From Acidobacteriota bacterium (GTDB lineage: Bacteria > Acidobacteriota > UBA890 > WLXD01), in the NCBI GenBank assembly GCA_963666055.2, contig CAXWPH010000001.1:1-64000 (forward strand): a stretch of 64,000 nt of DNA. Reading direction: 5' to 3'. The notes below the pieces were generated by a model. That model saw only the letters and a program-made list of their open reading frames with translations, was not told the DNA's origin and made no database searches. Shown here piece by piece: positions 9,723-20,127 of this stretch. The translations under genes and the position numbers were made by a program. How positions within the stretch are numbered: position 1 is the first letter of the stretch; each line of letters begins with the position of its first letter.

Positions 9723-11257
9723 CACGCCGTGCTCGGCCCGACGCTTCGCAAGGGCGGGCCACCGATTCCGGAGGTGGCGAACTGCATCACCTCCTCCGGC
9801 GTCCATTCTTCGACTGGGCGTGGTTCGCAGATCGCCCCCCGGTGAACGACAGCTAGCGTGTCGCACACGCCGAACAACTCGGGCAGGTACGAGCTGGTCA
9901 TGAGGATCGCCTTCCCAGATTCGGCGAGCCCGTGCATGAGCCGATAGATGTGAGCCTTGGTGGCGATGTCGATGCCGCGAGTAGGCTCGTCCATTAGCAG
10001 CACGTCACCGTTCCGATGTAGTAGGCGGGCCAGGCAAACGCGCTGTTGGTTGCCGCCTGATAACGTCGCGACCGGCGCATCGGGGGTATGCGCCTTGATG
10101 CCCAGCCGCCGAACCCAATCGACGGCGCTGTCGCGCTCGCGCTGCCGGTCCAGCAGTCCCCATCTACTGTAGCGACGTAGCCCGGACAGTGTGATGTTGG
10201 CCGAGATCGACAAGCTGAGAGCCAAGCCTTCACCCTGCCGGTCCTCGCTGAGCATGTCCACACCCTGCTGCAGCGCGCTGGCCGGGGTGAGCTGGCGGAC
10301 CCGTAACTCGGGCTTGCCGGCGATCGTCAGTCGTCCGCTCACCGCAGGGTTCAGCCCGAACAGCGACCGCAACGTCTCGCTACGGCCGGCGCCGACGAGG
10401 CCTGCCAACCCCAGGATCTCACCGCGACGGAGGTTGATATTGACCCCGGTGGGCTTCCCCTCACGCCCATTCAGATCGCGGACTCGAAGGCAGACTTCGC
10501 CAAGCCGGCGGTGCGACTGCGGATACAGCTCCCCGACGTCTCGACCCACCATGTGGCGGATCAGCTCGCCGTCGGTAACGGCGTCAACCGAACCATTGGC
10601 GACCGCGCGACCGTCGCGTAGGACCGCGAACCGATCACAGAGGCGTCGAACCTCCTCGAGGAAATGGCTGACGAATATGAAGGCGACGCCGCGGTCTCGA
10701 AGCCGCCCCACAACCCGGAAGAGGCGGCGCGCATCCTTTGCCGAGAGGGAGCTGGTAGGTTCGTCCATCACCACGATGCGAGCGTCGGCAAATAGTGCTC
10801 GCGCGATCTCGACGATCTGCTGCCGACCGATGCTGAGATCTCCGGCGGCTGCGCCGGGGTCGATGTCGGCGTGTTCCAGCATTCCCAGCACCTCGCGGAC
10901 GCGGCCGTACTGCGAGCGCAGCACCCCAAGACGACGCACCTCCCTTCCGAGGGTGATATTCGCCTCGACGCTCAGGTGTGGAGCGAGGCTCAGCTCCTGG
11001 TAGATCACCGCGATACCGACGCGTAGTCCCTGCAGCGGAGACGATGGCGCGTACGGTTGGTCAGCCAGGTGCATGCTGCCGCGATCGGGTCGATATACAC
11101 CGGCGAGCACGTTCATCAAGGTGCTCTTACCGGCACCGTTCTCGCCTATCAGACCGAGAACTTCCCCCCGATCCAGGCGCAGAGACACTCCGCGCAGGGC
11201 GCGCACCGGCCCGAACGACTTTTCGATTCCTTCGAGCTCGAGGAGTGGCTCAGCCAA
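9722..11257 (-). CDS. Sugar ABC transporter ATP-binding protein (RbsA-type, two NBDs)
   Basis: GENGAGKSTL, MDEPTSSL, LSGGNQQ and DEPTRGID motifs. Confidence 0.92.
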   Translation of the reverse strand: MAEPLLELEGIEKSFGPVRALRGVSLRLDRGEVLGLIGENGAGKSTLMNVLAGVYRPDRGSMHLADQPYAPSSPLQGLRVGIAVIYQELSLAPHLSVEANITLGREVRRLGVLRSQYGRVREVLGMLEHADIDPGAAAGDLSIGRQQIVEIARALFADARIVVMDEPTSSLSAKDARRLFRVVGRLRDRGVAFIFVSHFLEEVRRLCDRFAVLRDGRAVANGSVDAVTDGELIRHMVGRDVGELYPQSHRRLGEVCLRVRDLNGREGKPTGVNINLRRGEILGLAGLVGAGRSETLRSLFGLNPAVSGRLTIAGKPELRVRQLTPASALQQGVDMLSEDRQGEGLALSLSISANITLSGLRRYSRWGLLDRQRERDSAVDWVRRLGIKAHTPDAPVATLSGGNQQRVCLARLLHRNGDVLLMDEPTRGIDIATKAHIYRLMHGLAESGKAILMTSSYLPELFGVCDTLAVVHRGAICEPRPVEEWTPEEVMQFATSGIGGPPLRSVGPSTA

Positions 11258-11296
11258 GACGCGTCCAGATCCCCTGACCGAGCTCCGATTCTGTGA

Positions 11297-12352
11297 TCAC
11301 TCGCCGAGCCAGGTTTCCAAATCGGGTGACAGCAGCTGGCGCGCCACCGGCTCACCCATGTTGTCTGGGGTGATCATCATCAGGCGGGTCTCCACATACG
11401 TATCGTGCTCGATCCCCCGAGCCGCAGCTGCGGCCGCCTTGACGCCCAGATACCCCATCGCAAAGGGATCCTGGACCGCAAGCCCGTGAATCGTTCCGGC
11501 GGCGAGGGCCGCGACCAGGGTCTCGTTCGCATCGAAGCCGACCAGACGCGTGGTGCCGGCACGGCCCGCGGTTTGCAGGGCCCGCAGCATCCCCTGCGTG
11601 GAGGTCTCGTTGACCGCGAAGACTCCGTCCACATCGGGAAACCGATTGAGCAGGTTCTGCGAGGCTTGTAGGGCGGTTTCCAGCGTCGCGCCGGCCCGTT
11701 GATTGTCACTCACTACCTCGATATCGGCGAATTCGCCAATAGCGTCGAGGAACCCGTGTTCCCGAGCCGTAGTGCTCGCATGCCCCTCCATGAAGCGCAG
11801 CATGAGCACCGTGCCACGCCCGCCGATGACCTCGGCCAGCCGGCGGCCACAACTCCGCCCGCCTTCATAGTTGTTGGTGGCAATGAAGGCTGCCTGTACA
11901 GTCGAATCTAGGCCTGAATCGATAATCACCACCGGGATATCGCGACCCGCGGCCGCCTCGATCGGTCCCACCAAGCTGCGGGAATCCAGCGGTGCCAGAA
12001 CGATGGCATCAACCCCGCGGCTGACGAAGTTCTGCACCACCTGGATCTGCATCTGGCGGTCATCCTCGCGCACTGGGCCCTGCCAAAGCACGTCGACGTT
12101 GGCCTCGATCCCGCCCTTGATCGCACCGGCATGAATGCTCTTCCAAAACTGGTGGGTAGAACCCTTGGGAACGACAGCGATCTGCAGTCGCCGGTCGGCC
12201 CCCTCGGTGTCCGGCCTGGCGCACGCGCCACATACCAGCGTGACAGCGCCGAGCCAGGTGAGCAGCGCTGTCGCGGGTGATCGTTTGACGGCGCGGATCG
12301 AGCCTCTGCCAGGGTGGTTCCCCTGACGCCTGCGGGGCGGTGCCAGCACCAT
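11297..12352 (-). CDS. Sugar ABC transporter substrate-binding lipoprotein (RbsB-like)
   Basis: VVPKG..H.FW, VDAIVLAP, IPVVIIDS, LVGFD and QDPFAMGY motifs; lipobox CGAC. Confidence 0.88.
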   Translation of the reverse strand: MVLAPPRRRQGNHPGRGSIRAVKRSPATALLTWLGAVTLVCGACARPDTEGADRRLQIAVVPKGSTHQFWKSIHAGAIKGGIEANVDVLWQGPVREDDRQMQIQVVQNFVSRGVDAIVLAPLDSRSLVGPIEAAAGRDIPVVIIDSGLDSTVQAAFIATNNYEGGRSCGRRLAEVIGGRGTVLMLRFMEGHASTTAREHGFLDAIGEFADIEVVSDNQRAGATLETALQASQNLLNRFPDVDGVFAVNETSTQGMLRALQTAGRAGTTRLVGFDANETLVAALAAGTIHGLAVQDPFAMGYLGVKAAAAAARGIEHDTYVETRLMMITPDNMGEPVARQLLSPDLETWLGE

Positions 12353-13773
12353 TACGGCTCGGTGGGCGGTATCGTGATCACGCCGACGCCATCCTCGAAT
12401 CGAACCTCGGTCCCGAATGGCCTCGACAGGCGCGCCAGATCATCGATGATCTTCTGGCCAAGCTCAGGGTCCGCCAGCATCGGCCGTCCACGACGTGATC
12501 GCGGCGTGTCGTAGCCCAAGGTCACCGGCAGCAGCCGGATCTCCCTCAGAATACCCGCCTCGAATCTCGGCAGAGCTACGACGGTCTCCCAGAACCAGGC
12601 GTCGAGGGTGAAATAGCCTCCTTGCGTACGCTGACGGTAGTCGTAATAGTCGACCGTTCTGCTATCGGTGGACAGGTCGACGCCGCGATATTCGGCCGAC
12701 GGCCGGTAGCGCACGGTCTCGTTCTCGAAGAAGAAATTGCCCAAGCTGTAGAAGATGGGACGCCCCTTGTAGATCTCGATACCCCGCAGCACATGCGGGC
12801 CCGTGCCGACGAAGACGTCGGCACCCGCGTCGATCGCGGCTTGCGCATACTCGACCAGGAAGTCCGCTGGCAGCTCGCGCCGACCGCCGCTCTCGTGCGT
12901 ATGTGTGGCCACGATCACCCAGTCGGACTGTCGATCGGCGGCATCGATGCTGGCGAGGATGCGTTGCAGATCCACCGGGTCGGCGGTCGTCGATACCCCG
13001 GCTTCGTCGCCCAGCACGAAGGACTCACCGGCAAACTCGATACCCACGGCGTCGTCTTCGACCCTCTGTCCCAGGCTTCGGGCGATCTTCTGCAGCGCCG
13101 CGAACTCCACCGGCGGTAATGTGGTCGTACGGTGGTAGCGGATCGGGTTGAGCCCCGGGGTTGCCCGGATGTCGGGACGCTGTGGCCGTGCCGGGTGAAA
13201 TGTGTCGAAGCTCGACGCGGTCGAGATCAACGCCACGCGCCCGTTTCCTGTCTGCACATATACGGCTTCGTCGGCGAGCGCGAGATTCTCCCCCACCCCG
13301 GCATGCGCGACTCCGGCTTCGTCGAGTGCACGGCTGGTGGCACGCATGCCATCCCAGCCATAGTCGAGCGCATGGTTGTTCGCTCTGCTGACGGCATCGA
13401 AGCCCGCCCACGCCAGCTCCTGGGCGATGCCCGGGTCGGCAAACATGTAGCTTTCCCGATCCGACACCATCGGCGTCAGCTTCTCGACTGTCTGTAGCGC
13501 GATCTCGAGGTTGGTGAAGGCGAGGTCGGCTGCACGTATGGCGTCGACCATCGCGATGAACTCAGGCTCGATGTATGCAGACATCGGACGGCTGATGATG
13601 GAGTCGCCGGTAAGCGCGAAGGTGATGTTGCCTTTTGCCGCCTCGTAGGGGGTCTGGCCATGCGCAAGCATGGCGGGGAGCATCAGGGCCACCACGGAAC
13701 CGCGCTTCACCCCAGCTCTCACGGATGACCGGCGGCGCTTCCCGCCGCCCGTAGCCTGGTGTTTCGCGAACAT
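12352..13773 (-). CDS. CapA (PGA_cap) family metallophosphoesterase, exported
   Basis: LTGD, FTNLE, ANNHALDYG, HTHE, GTGPHVLRGIEIYKGRPIFYSLGNF motifs; GGAGGT RBS. Confidence 0.85.
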   Translation of the reverse strand: MFAKHQATGGGKRRRSSVRAGVKRGSVVALMLPAMLAHGQTPYEAAKGNITFALTGDSIISRPMSAYIEPEFIAMVDAIRAADLAFTNLEIALQTVEKLTPMVSDRESYMFADPGIAQELAWAGFDAVSRANNHALDYGWDGMRATSRALDEAGVAHAGVGENLALADEAVYVQTGNGRVALISTASSFDTFHPARPQRPDIRATPGLNPIRYHRTTTLPPVEFAALQKIARSLGQRVEDDAVGIEFAGESFVLGDEAGVSTTADPVDLQRILASIDAADRQSDWVIVATHTHESGGRRELPADFLVEYAQAAIDAGADVFVGTGPHVLRGIEIYKGRPIFYSLGNFFFENETVRYRPSAEYRGVDLSTDSRTVDYYDYRQRTQGGYFTLDAWFWETVVALPRFEAGILREIRLLPVTLGYDTPRSRRGRPMLADPELGQKIIDDLARLSRPFGTEVRFEDGVGVITIPPTEP

Positions 13774-13948
13774 CGGTACCTCCGTTGGCTCTCAGTCGCA
13801 CCGGTTGCCGAGGTTGAAGCTGCTCGTGCGGCGCGCGTTTGCGCAGGATACCATCGCGTCACCCCCTCGAGTCAGGAGCACAAATGCCCGAGAACCGCCT
13901 CCTAGATCGCTCCGCCTATTACCTGGCCCGGGAGCTCGGGGCGTAGCT

Positions 13949-14761
13949 GTGGAGCCGAAGACGCTCGTCGGTGGCCTGGTTCTTGTCGCCTTGTGGCTTG
14001 GCGAGACTTGGGTACCGTTCTATGCGCAGTTTCGTGGCGATCGAACCGAGCGTGTCCGGCACGACGTCCGCAATCTCTTCATCGGTGTTGTCAACTCCGT
14101 CATCGTTGCCGTGGCGTTTTCCGGGCTGGCCGTCATCGCCGAGGTCTGGGGCAGCGCCAACGGCTATGGGCTGCTGCGTATCTACGAGCTCCCGGGGTGG
14201 GCAACCGGCCTGGTGGCCATCACCCTGTTCGATTTCTGGATGTACCTGTGGCACCGCGGCAACCACGCCATCCCGGTCCTCTGGCGGTTCCACCGGATGC
14301 ACCACGCCGACCCGTACATGGACGCCACCACCGGAGTGCGATTCCATACGGTCGAGCTCGTCCTGTCGTTCTTTACGAAGATCGCCATGATGCAGCTCAT
14401 CGGGATGTCGATCTGGCATCTGGCGCTCTATGAAGCGATCGTCCTGCCGGTCGTGCTGGTGCACCATTCCAACGTGGCGCTGCCGAGGTGGATCGATCGC
14501 GGGCTGCTGTTCCTGATCGTCACCCCGGCGATGCACCGAGTTCATCACAGCCGACTGCGGGCCGAGACAGACTCCAACTACGGGTCGCTATTCCCCTACT
14601 GGGACTACGCACTGCGCAGCCTGCGCCTGCGCGAAGACGTCCACGCCGTGCATATCGGCCTGGACGGTTTTGACGCGGACGATTACCAGACCCTCCCGGG
14701 GATGATTCTCCGCACGCCGAAGTCGTCGGTCCGATCGAACGCCGGAAGCAAGCACTCCTAG
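13949..14761 (+). CDS. Sterol desaturase / fatty acid hydroxylase family membrane protein
   Basis: Histidine boxes HRGNH, HRMHH, HHSN and HRVHH, plus DSNYG..F..WD; GTG start inferred. Confidence 0.85.
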   Translation: MEPKTLVGGLVLVALWLGETWVPFYAQFRGDRTERVRHDVRNLFIGVVNSVIVAVAFSGLAVIAEVWGSANGYGLLRIYELPGWATGLVAITLFDFWMYLWHRGNHAIPVLWRFHRMHHADPYMDATTGVRFHTVELVLSFFTKIAMMQLIGMSIWHLALYEAIVLPVVLVHHSNVALPRWIDRGLLFLIVTPAMHRVHHSRLRAETDSNYGSLFPYWDYALRSLRLREDVHAVHIGLDGFDADDYQTLPGMILRTPKSSVRSNAGSKHS

Positions 14762-14804
14762 CAGGCCGATGCGCTTCACCGCAGCGGGGTGGCCGGCGCA
14801 GTCC

Positions 14805-16355
14805 CTAGCCGTAGCTTCGACGCAGCCCCGCGGGGATGACGAATCGGTCGGCCAGCTCGAAGCAAGCATGGATCACCAGCGCCATCACGGCTGCCGGCAC
14901 GGCACCGGCGAGGATTGTCGGGATGTCGTTGAGGGCCAATCCCCGAACGATCAAGGTTCCGTAGCCGCCGCCGCCAATGAAGGCTGCCAGCGTCGCCGTC
15001 CCTACGGTGAGGACTGCCGAAGTCTTGATCCCCGCCATAATGTTCAGCGACGCAAGCGGAAGCTCGATGCGAGTCAATCGCTGCCACTGGCTGAGCCCGA
15101 GTACGCCGGCGATCTCCATTAGCTGACGGTCGAGGCCGATGAGGCCCGTGTAGGTGCTCCTCACGATCGGCAGCAGCGCATACAGAAACAGCGCCACAAG
15201 CGACGGAAGTCGTCCGATGCCGAACAACGGGATCATGAAGCACAGCAGCGCCAGCGAGGGAATCGTTTGCAGGATGCCAACTGATACCAACGTCGTCTGA
15301 CCGAGACGGCGAAACCGGGCGGCCACGATGCCTAGCGGGATGCTTACCAGGGTCGCCAGGCTGAGGGCGAAGACCACGAGGAAGGCGTGGTCGAGCGTCA
15401 GCCCGAGGATCTCGTCTCGAATCGAGACGCCGCCCCGCGTCGCGGGTTGTCCGTTCGACAGGAACGCTGCGGCGACCTCACGCGGCGCCTGTCCCTCGAG
15501 ATCTGCGAGAGCGTTCAAAGCCGACATCTCCGCATCGTCAAATCGGCCTACGAGGAGCTCGTTGAGCCGTTCCCAAGTGCGCGGGTAGCGGTCGATGAAG
15601 TCCTCCCGCACCAGCATCACGGCTTCGTACTTGGCAAAGAACTCCAGATCATCGACCAGAACGCGGAGATCGAATCGATCGATCTTGCCGTCAGTCGAGT
15701 AGATGTCGATAACATCGACGTCGCCGCGCGACACCGCCTCGTAGCTCAGGGAGTGCTCGATCACTCGAACTTCCGCAAAGCGAAGGTCATAGCGCTGCTG
15801 CAGTCCCGGCCATCCGTCGACGCGGTCGATATACCCAGCGCTGAACGCCGCTTCCATCTCCGGGTGGTGCTTCAGGTCGGTGATCGTGCGCAATCCGAGA
15901 CGCTCTCCGACGTCCTCGCGCACAGCCAGGGCGTAGGTATTCTCGAAGCCCAATGGATCGCTCACCGTCAAACCCAAGCGCCGCAGCCGCCGGCGAAGCT
16001 CTACCACGCCGATCGCCGACGAGTCCTTCAGCAGCGCGTAGCTCAGCGTGCCGGTGTACTCCGGGTAAATGTCGATCTCGCCGGTCGAGATGGCTCGGAA
16101 TGCGATCGCCGCAGCACCGAGACCCATCTTGCGCTCGACCTCTGCTTCGCCGGCACCCTCCACGATTGCCGCGATCAGCTCCCCGAGAATGAAGCTCTCG
16201 GTGAACGACTTGGACCCGACACGGATTACCCGTGCATCAGGCGAAGACGCGGTAGCGCATGCAGCGCCCGACAACAGCAGCAAGGCCGCCGTCCCGACGC
16301 CCGCAGAGACCCCCCGGATCACCCTCGAGGCGCGCTTCGAAGCTTGGCGGCACAT
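14805..16355 (-). CDS. Glycine betaine/choline (osmoprotectant) ABC transporter, fused binding protein + permease
   Basis: VGSKSFTES, DIYPEYTGT and GFENTYA (OpuAC-type SBP) followed by QTIPSLALL and LAAFIGGGGYG (permease). Confidence 0.9.
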   Translation of the reverse strand: MCRQASKRASRVIRGVSAGVGTAALLLLSGAACATASSPDARVIRVGSKSFTESFILGELIAAIVEGAGEAEVERKMGLGAAAIAFRAISTGEIDIYPEYTGTLSYALLKDSSAIGVVELRRRLRRLGLTVSDPLGFENTYALAVREDVGERLGLRTITDLKHHPEMEAAFSAGYIDRVDGWPGLQQRYDLRFAEVRVIEHSLSYEAVSRGDVDVIDIYSTDGKIDRFDLRVLVDDLEFFAKYEAVMLVREDFIDRYPRTWERLNELLVGRFDDAEMSALNALADLEGQAPREVAAAFLSNGQPATRGGVSIRDEILGLTLDHAFLVVFALSLATLVSIPLGIVAARFRRLGQTTLVSVGILQTIPSLALLCFMIPLFGIGRLPSLVALFLYALLPIVRSTYTGLIGLDRQLMEIAGVLGLSQWQRLTRIELPLASLNIMAGIKTSAVLTVGTATLAAFIGGGGYGTLIVRGLALNDIPTILAGAVPAAVMALVIHACFELADRFVIPAGLRRSYG

Positions 16356-16358
16356 GGC

Positions 16359-17105
16359 TCAGAAGTAACTCTTCATATCAGGAGGCGGTTTCTGGGCCTG
16401 AAAGAACGCTCTCACGAAGTCACTTGCGGGCTGCGTCACGAGGTCACGAAACGTCCCCTGTTGGACCAATCGGCCTTCGGTCATCAGGCTGACGGTTTGC
16501 CCGAGCATCGCTGCCTCTCGAATGTCATGGGTAACGAGGATCACCGTCTTGCCCAGGGCGCGAAAAATCTCCCGCAGCTGCACTTGCAACCCGTCGCGCA
16601 CCAGCGGATCCAGAGAACCCAGAGGCTCATCCAGAAGCAGAATCGGTGGATCCAGCAGCAGCGCTCGCATCAAGCCGACCCGTTGTCGCTGCCCACCGCT
16701 GAGCTCGTGTGGATACTTCTGCATGATCGGCGCATCAAACCCGACAAGCGCCATCAGCTCGTCAATACGCTGGGCCGTGCGATCGACCGACCACCCCCGC
16801 GCCTCGGCGGCGAGCGACACATTACTTCGCGCGCTGAGGTGCGGGTACAGGCCCCCCTCCTGCACGACGTAACCCATCGTCGCGAGAAGCTCCTTCCTGC
16901 TGGCCGCTTCCATGGCCCTGCCATCGACGCGAACGGAGCCACTGTCGGGTGCTATCGACCCGAGGATGAGCCTGAGAAGGGTTGATTTTCCACATCCGCT
17001 CGAGCCCAAAAGGACGTGCGTCTGTCCGCGGCTGAACTCGCACGAGAGATTCTCGATCGCGACCACCGCGTCGAAGTGCTTGGTGACGCGGTCGAGAATG
17101 ATCAT
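16359..17105 (-). CDS. Osmoprotectant ABC transporter ATP-binding protein
   Basis: GSSGCGKST, LSGGQRQR, LLDEP and VTHD motifs. Confidence 0.9.
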   Translation of the reverse strand: MIILDRVTKHFDAVVAIENLSCEFSRGQTHVLLGSSGCGKSTLLRLILGSIAPDSGSVRVDGRAMEAASRKELLATMGYVVQEGGLYPHLSARSNVSLAAEARGWSVDRTAQRIDELMALVGFDAPIMQKYPHELSGGQRQRVGLMRALLLDPPILLLDEPLGSLDPLVRDGLQVQLREIFRALGKTVILVTHDIREAAMLGQTVSLMTEGRLVQQGTFRDLVTQPASDFVRAFFQAQKPPPDMKSYF

Positions 17106-17109
17106 TCGA

Positions 17110-18120
17110 TCAACAGGACGCGTCGGCTCGTCGATCGAATACGACGCCCGAGCGTCCTTCTTGCACCGCGTCCCAGATCGCCTGATAGAGCCTCATGGTC
17201 TCGACTGCATCTGCGATACTTCCTATCGGCTCGCGGCCCTCGCGGATGGCTCTGACCCACTCGACCAGGCACGGACCATCCCCGGTGAGCTCGCCACTGC
17301 GCTCATCGCTCCAGTTCTCGGTGAAGGTGTTCCGCTCCTGTGCGTAGTGCTTGATCGACCAGAGGTCGTCCAGGACGAGGTACTCGCTCTTTCCGGTGAT
17401 CTCGATGCGATCGTAGTTACGCCACCAGAGCCGCTGGCTGTTCAGCTGCAGAGTGCCCACGGCGCCGCTGACGAACTCCAAGGCGACCGCCAGCGCAACA
17501 CCGCTTCCGTCCTGTTGGTGGAACAACGATAACTGTTGGATCTCACCGCCGAGGAACCGGGCAATATCCAGATAGTGAGGCGCGAAATCGAGGATGTAGG
17601 CATGAACCGAATCGTCGTAGTCACGACCACGGGCCTCATCAAAGATCCCGCTGCAGAAGGAGCCGAAGAACTGGGTCATCGCTCCAAATGACTCCGCGGC
17701 CATGATCTCGCGGGCCTTGGTCACGCCGAAGCAGAAGCGGCGCTGGAAGTTCACCATCAAAATCCTTCCGGCGCGACTTGCCGCCTCCCCCAGCTCTTGC
17801 GTGGCGTCGAGTGAGGCCGCTGGCGGCTTGGGGATGAAGACGTGATAGCCGGCCTCTAGGGCCTCCAGTACGATGCGCTGCCGCGGCCGCGGATGCATTT
17901 GCACGATCACCGCCTCGAGGTCTTCCGTCTCCCACATCTTCCGGTAGTCGGTGTACCAGCGCCCGGGCCCGAACTTCCCGGCGGTATCGCGGGCCAGGTC
18001 TTCATCACGATCACAGACTGCCTGCAGATGGATCGGTGCGAAGTGCAACGACGGATACACCTGCCACGTCGCCATGGCGCCAGCACCGACGAAACCAACC
18101 CGCAGAGGCTCCAGCCCCAA
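17110..18120 (-). CDS. Gfo/Idh/MocA family oxidoreductase
   Basis: VGFVGAG, AVCD, HVFIPKP (EKP-like), NFQRRF and DFAPHYLD motifs; start TTG 18120 or GTG 18159. Confidence 0.8.
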   Translation of the reverse strand: MGLEPLRVGFVGAGAMATWQVYPSLHFAPIHLQAVCDRDEDLARDTAGKFGPGRWYTDYRKMWETEDLEAVIVQMHPRPRQRIVLEALEAGYHVFIPKPPAASLDATQELGEAASRAGRILMVNFQRRFCFGVTKAREIMAAESFGAMTQFFGSFCSGIFDEARGRDYDDSVHAYILDFAPHYLDIARFLGGEIQQLSLFHQQDGSGVALAVALEFVSGAVGTLQLNSQRLWWRNYDRIEITGKSEYLVLDDLWSIKHYAQERNTFTENWSDERSGELTGDGPCLVEWVRAIREGREPIGSIADAVETMRLYQAIWDAVQEGRSGVVFDRRADASC

Positions 18121-18122
18121 CG

Positions 18123-20078
18123 CTACTCGGCCGACTCGGGCAGGGAGAAGGCGATCCACTCGGCCGGATCGTCGTTGCTGCCGACGGCGACGACGATGTA
18201 CTGACGTCCCTGGTGCATATAGGTGATCGGCGCTCCGGTAACGCCCGCTGACAGCTCGGTCTCCCAGAGCTGCGTGCCATCGGCCTTGTCGTAGGCGCGG
18301 AATTTGTTGCCGTTGACTTGGATGCCGAGTATCGCGTCGCTGCTCTCACCGAGAAACAGCAGGGTCTTGGTGAGCATCGGTGCCGGACGACCAAGCATTC
18401 CCAGCGGCGGAAGGTCGAGACCCTCGAGCAGCGGATGGTCGAGCGGGCCGTCACCGTTGGCCGCCATCCAGACCTTCTCGCCGCGGTTCATATCGTAGGC
18501 GGTGATGCGTCCGTACGGTGGCTTGAAGATCGGTAGCCCGTCGAGGGTCGGGACTCCCGGACCCTCGCCCCACTCGTAAGCGAGCGTCGCCTCCGGATCG
18601 GACGGCTCGGAGAGCGGATAGACGTTCGGCATGGTGTGCGAGACGGCGTAGTAGAAGCCGGTCTCCGGGTCGAACGCACCGGTGTTCCAGTTGCCCGACC
18701 CCCAGCCGCCGGGGAAGATCAAGGTGCCCTGTTTACTTCCAGGGTCACCGCCAACGACCGACGGCGGCGTGAACATGGGCCCCAGTATGAGGGGCTCGAT
18801 GAGCTCCAGAGCGCGTGCCCGCAGCTCCGGGGTGAAGTCGATCAGGTCGTCTTCGCTGAACCCCTGCATATCGAACGGCGGTGGCTTGGTGGGGAAGGGC
18901 TGCGTCGGCGACAGCTGCTCGCCGGGCACCTCCGACTGCGGCACGGGGCGCTCCTCGATCGGCCACACCGGCTCCCCTGTCTGGCGATCGAATACATAGA
19001 GAAACCCCGTCTTGCTGGGCTGCATCACCGCCTTGATTCGCTTGCCCTCCACGGTGATCTCGCCAAGCGTCGCCGGGCCTACGGTGTCGTACTCCCAGAC
19101 GTCGTGATGCACCATCTGGAAGTGCCAGACGCGCTTACCGGTCTTGGCATCGAGCGCCACGAGGCTGTTGGAGAACAGGTTGTCGCCCGGTCGATGTCCG
19201 CCGTAGTAGGCCGCCGTCGGCGCCGTCAGAGGCACGTAGACGTAGCCGAGCTCCTCATCCGCCGTGGCGCAGCACCAGGACCCCAAGTCGCCCGAGTACT
19301 TCCAGGAATCGTCTCCCCAGGTGTCGTTGCCGAATTGCCCGGGCTTCGGAACCACATTGAAGGTCCACAGCAACTCGCCGGTGCGCACCGAATATCCGCG
19401 TACATCCTCGGGCACCGCTTCCTTGCGGTTTCCACCGTCGCCGGCGCCGCCCGTGATCCCGGCTATGACGATCACGTCGCCAACGACGATCGGGCCCGCC
19501 GACCAGCGGTAGTTGCCGGCCCGCTGGTGGGCAATGTTGAGGTTGAGCCGGCCCCGATCGCCGAAATCGGCAAACGGCTCGCCGGTCCTTGCGCTGAGCG
19601 CGTAGAGGTAGTCGTTGCGCACCAGGAGCAGCCGTCGATCCGACCCCTCGCCCCAGGTATCGATACCGCGCGGGCTTCTGCCCCTGGCCTCGCTCAAGGT
19701 CGGCGCAAATGGCTGCTGTTCCCAAATCGTCTCGCCGGTTCCGGGGTCGAGGGCACGCAGTAGCCCGACGCCGTTCGGCGCCAGCAACATGCCGTCGACC
19801 ATGATCGGCGTCGACCTGAAATAGCCCGGAATCCGCACCTCGGGGTAGGCGTCCTCGAACGCCGGGTCTACGGCCGGGCGACGCCAGGCAACCCGCAGGT
19901 CGGCAATGTTGTCGCGATTGATCTGCGCCAGCGGCGAGTAGCGTGTAAACGCCTTGTCGCCGCCGAAGTAGGGCCACTCGCCGGGCGCCCGTTCACCCTG
20001 GGCGTGCGAGGCGATCGGCCCGCCCCCGACCATCATCAGGAGCACGCCACCGCTTATCAACCGTTGCAAACTGGACAC
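18123..20078 (-). CDS. PQQ-dependent glucose/quinate dehydrogenase-like protein, periplasmic (no N-terminal TM bundle)
   Basis: WPYFGG...RYSPL.QI, GGHRPGDNLF, WHFQMVHHDVWEYD, PVWPIEERPVP, PTQPFPTKPP and KPPYGRITA motifs; AAGGAG RBS. Confidence 0.88.
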   Translation of the reverse strand: MSSLQRLISGGVLLMMVGGGPIASHAQGERAPGEWPYFGGDKAFTRYSPLAQINRDNIADLRVAWRRPAVDPAFEDAYPEVRIPGYFRSTPIMVDGMLLAPNGVGLLRALDPGTGETIWEQQPFAPTLSEARGRSPRGIDTWGEGSDRRLLLVRNDYLYALSARTGEPFADFGDRGRLNLNIAHQRAGNYRWSAGPIVVGDVIVIAGITGGAGDGGNRKEAVPEDVRGYSVRTGELLWTFNVVPKPGQFGNDTWGDDSWKYSGDLGSWCCATADEELGYVYVPLTAPTAAYYGGHRPGDNLFSNSLVALDAKTGKRVWHFQMVHHDVWEYDTVGPATLGEITVEGKRIKAVMQPSKTGFLYVFDRQTGEPVWPIEERPVPQSEVPGEQLSPTQPFPTKPPPFDMQGFSEDDLIDFTPELRARALELIEPLILGPMFTPPSVVGGDPGSKQGTLIFPGGWGSGNWNTGAFDPETGFYYAVSHTMPNVYPLSEPSDPEATLAYEWGEGPGVPTLDGLPIFKPPYGRITAYDMNRGEKVWMAANGDGPLDHPLLEGLDLPPLGMLGRPAPMLTKTLLFLGESSDAILGIQVNGNKFRAYDKADGTQLWETELSAGVTGAPITYMHQGRQYIVVAVGSNDDPAEWIAFSLPESAE

Positions 20079-20127
20079 CGCAGTCTCCTTGATCGCACGA
20101 GCAAGAAGCCCGCAGCTCAGTTTCGCG

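Noticed and set aside
12352-13773. Poly-gamma-glutamate capsule locus
   Set aside because: capB and capC are absent; standalone CapA domains are common.
15387-16985. 532-aa + strand ORF (likewise 55526-57334)
   Set aside because: Antisense to well-supported ABC transporter (and AcnX/gmaS) genes.
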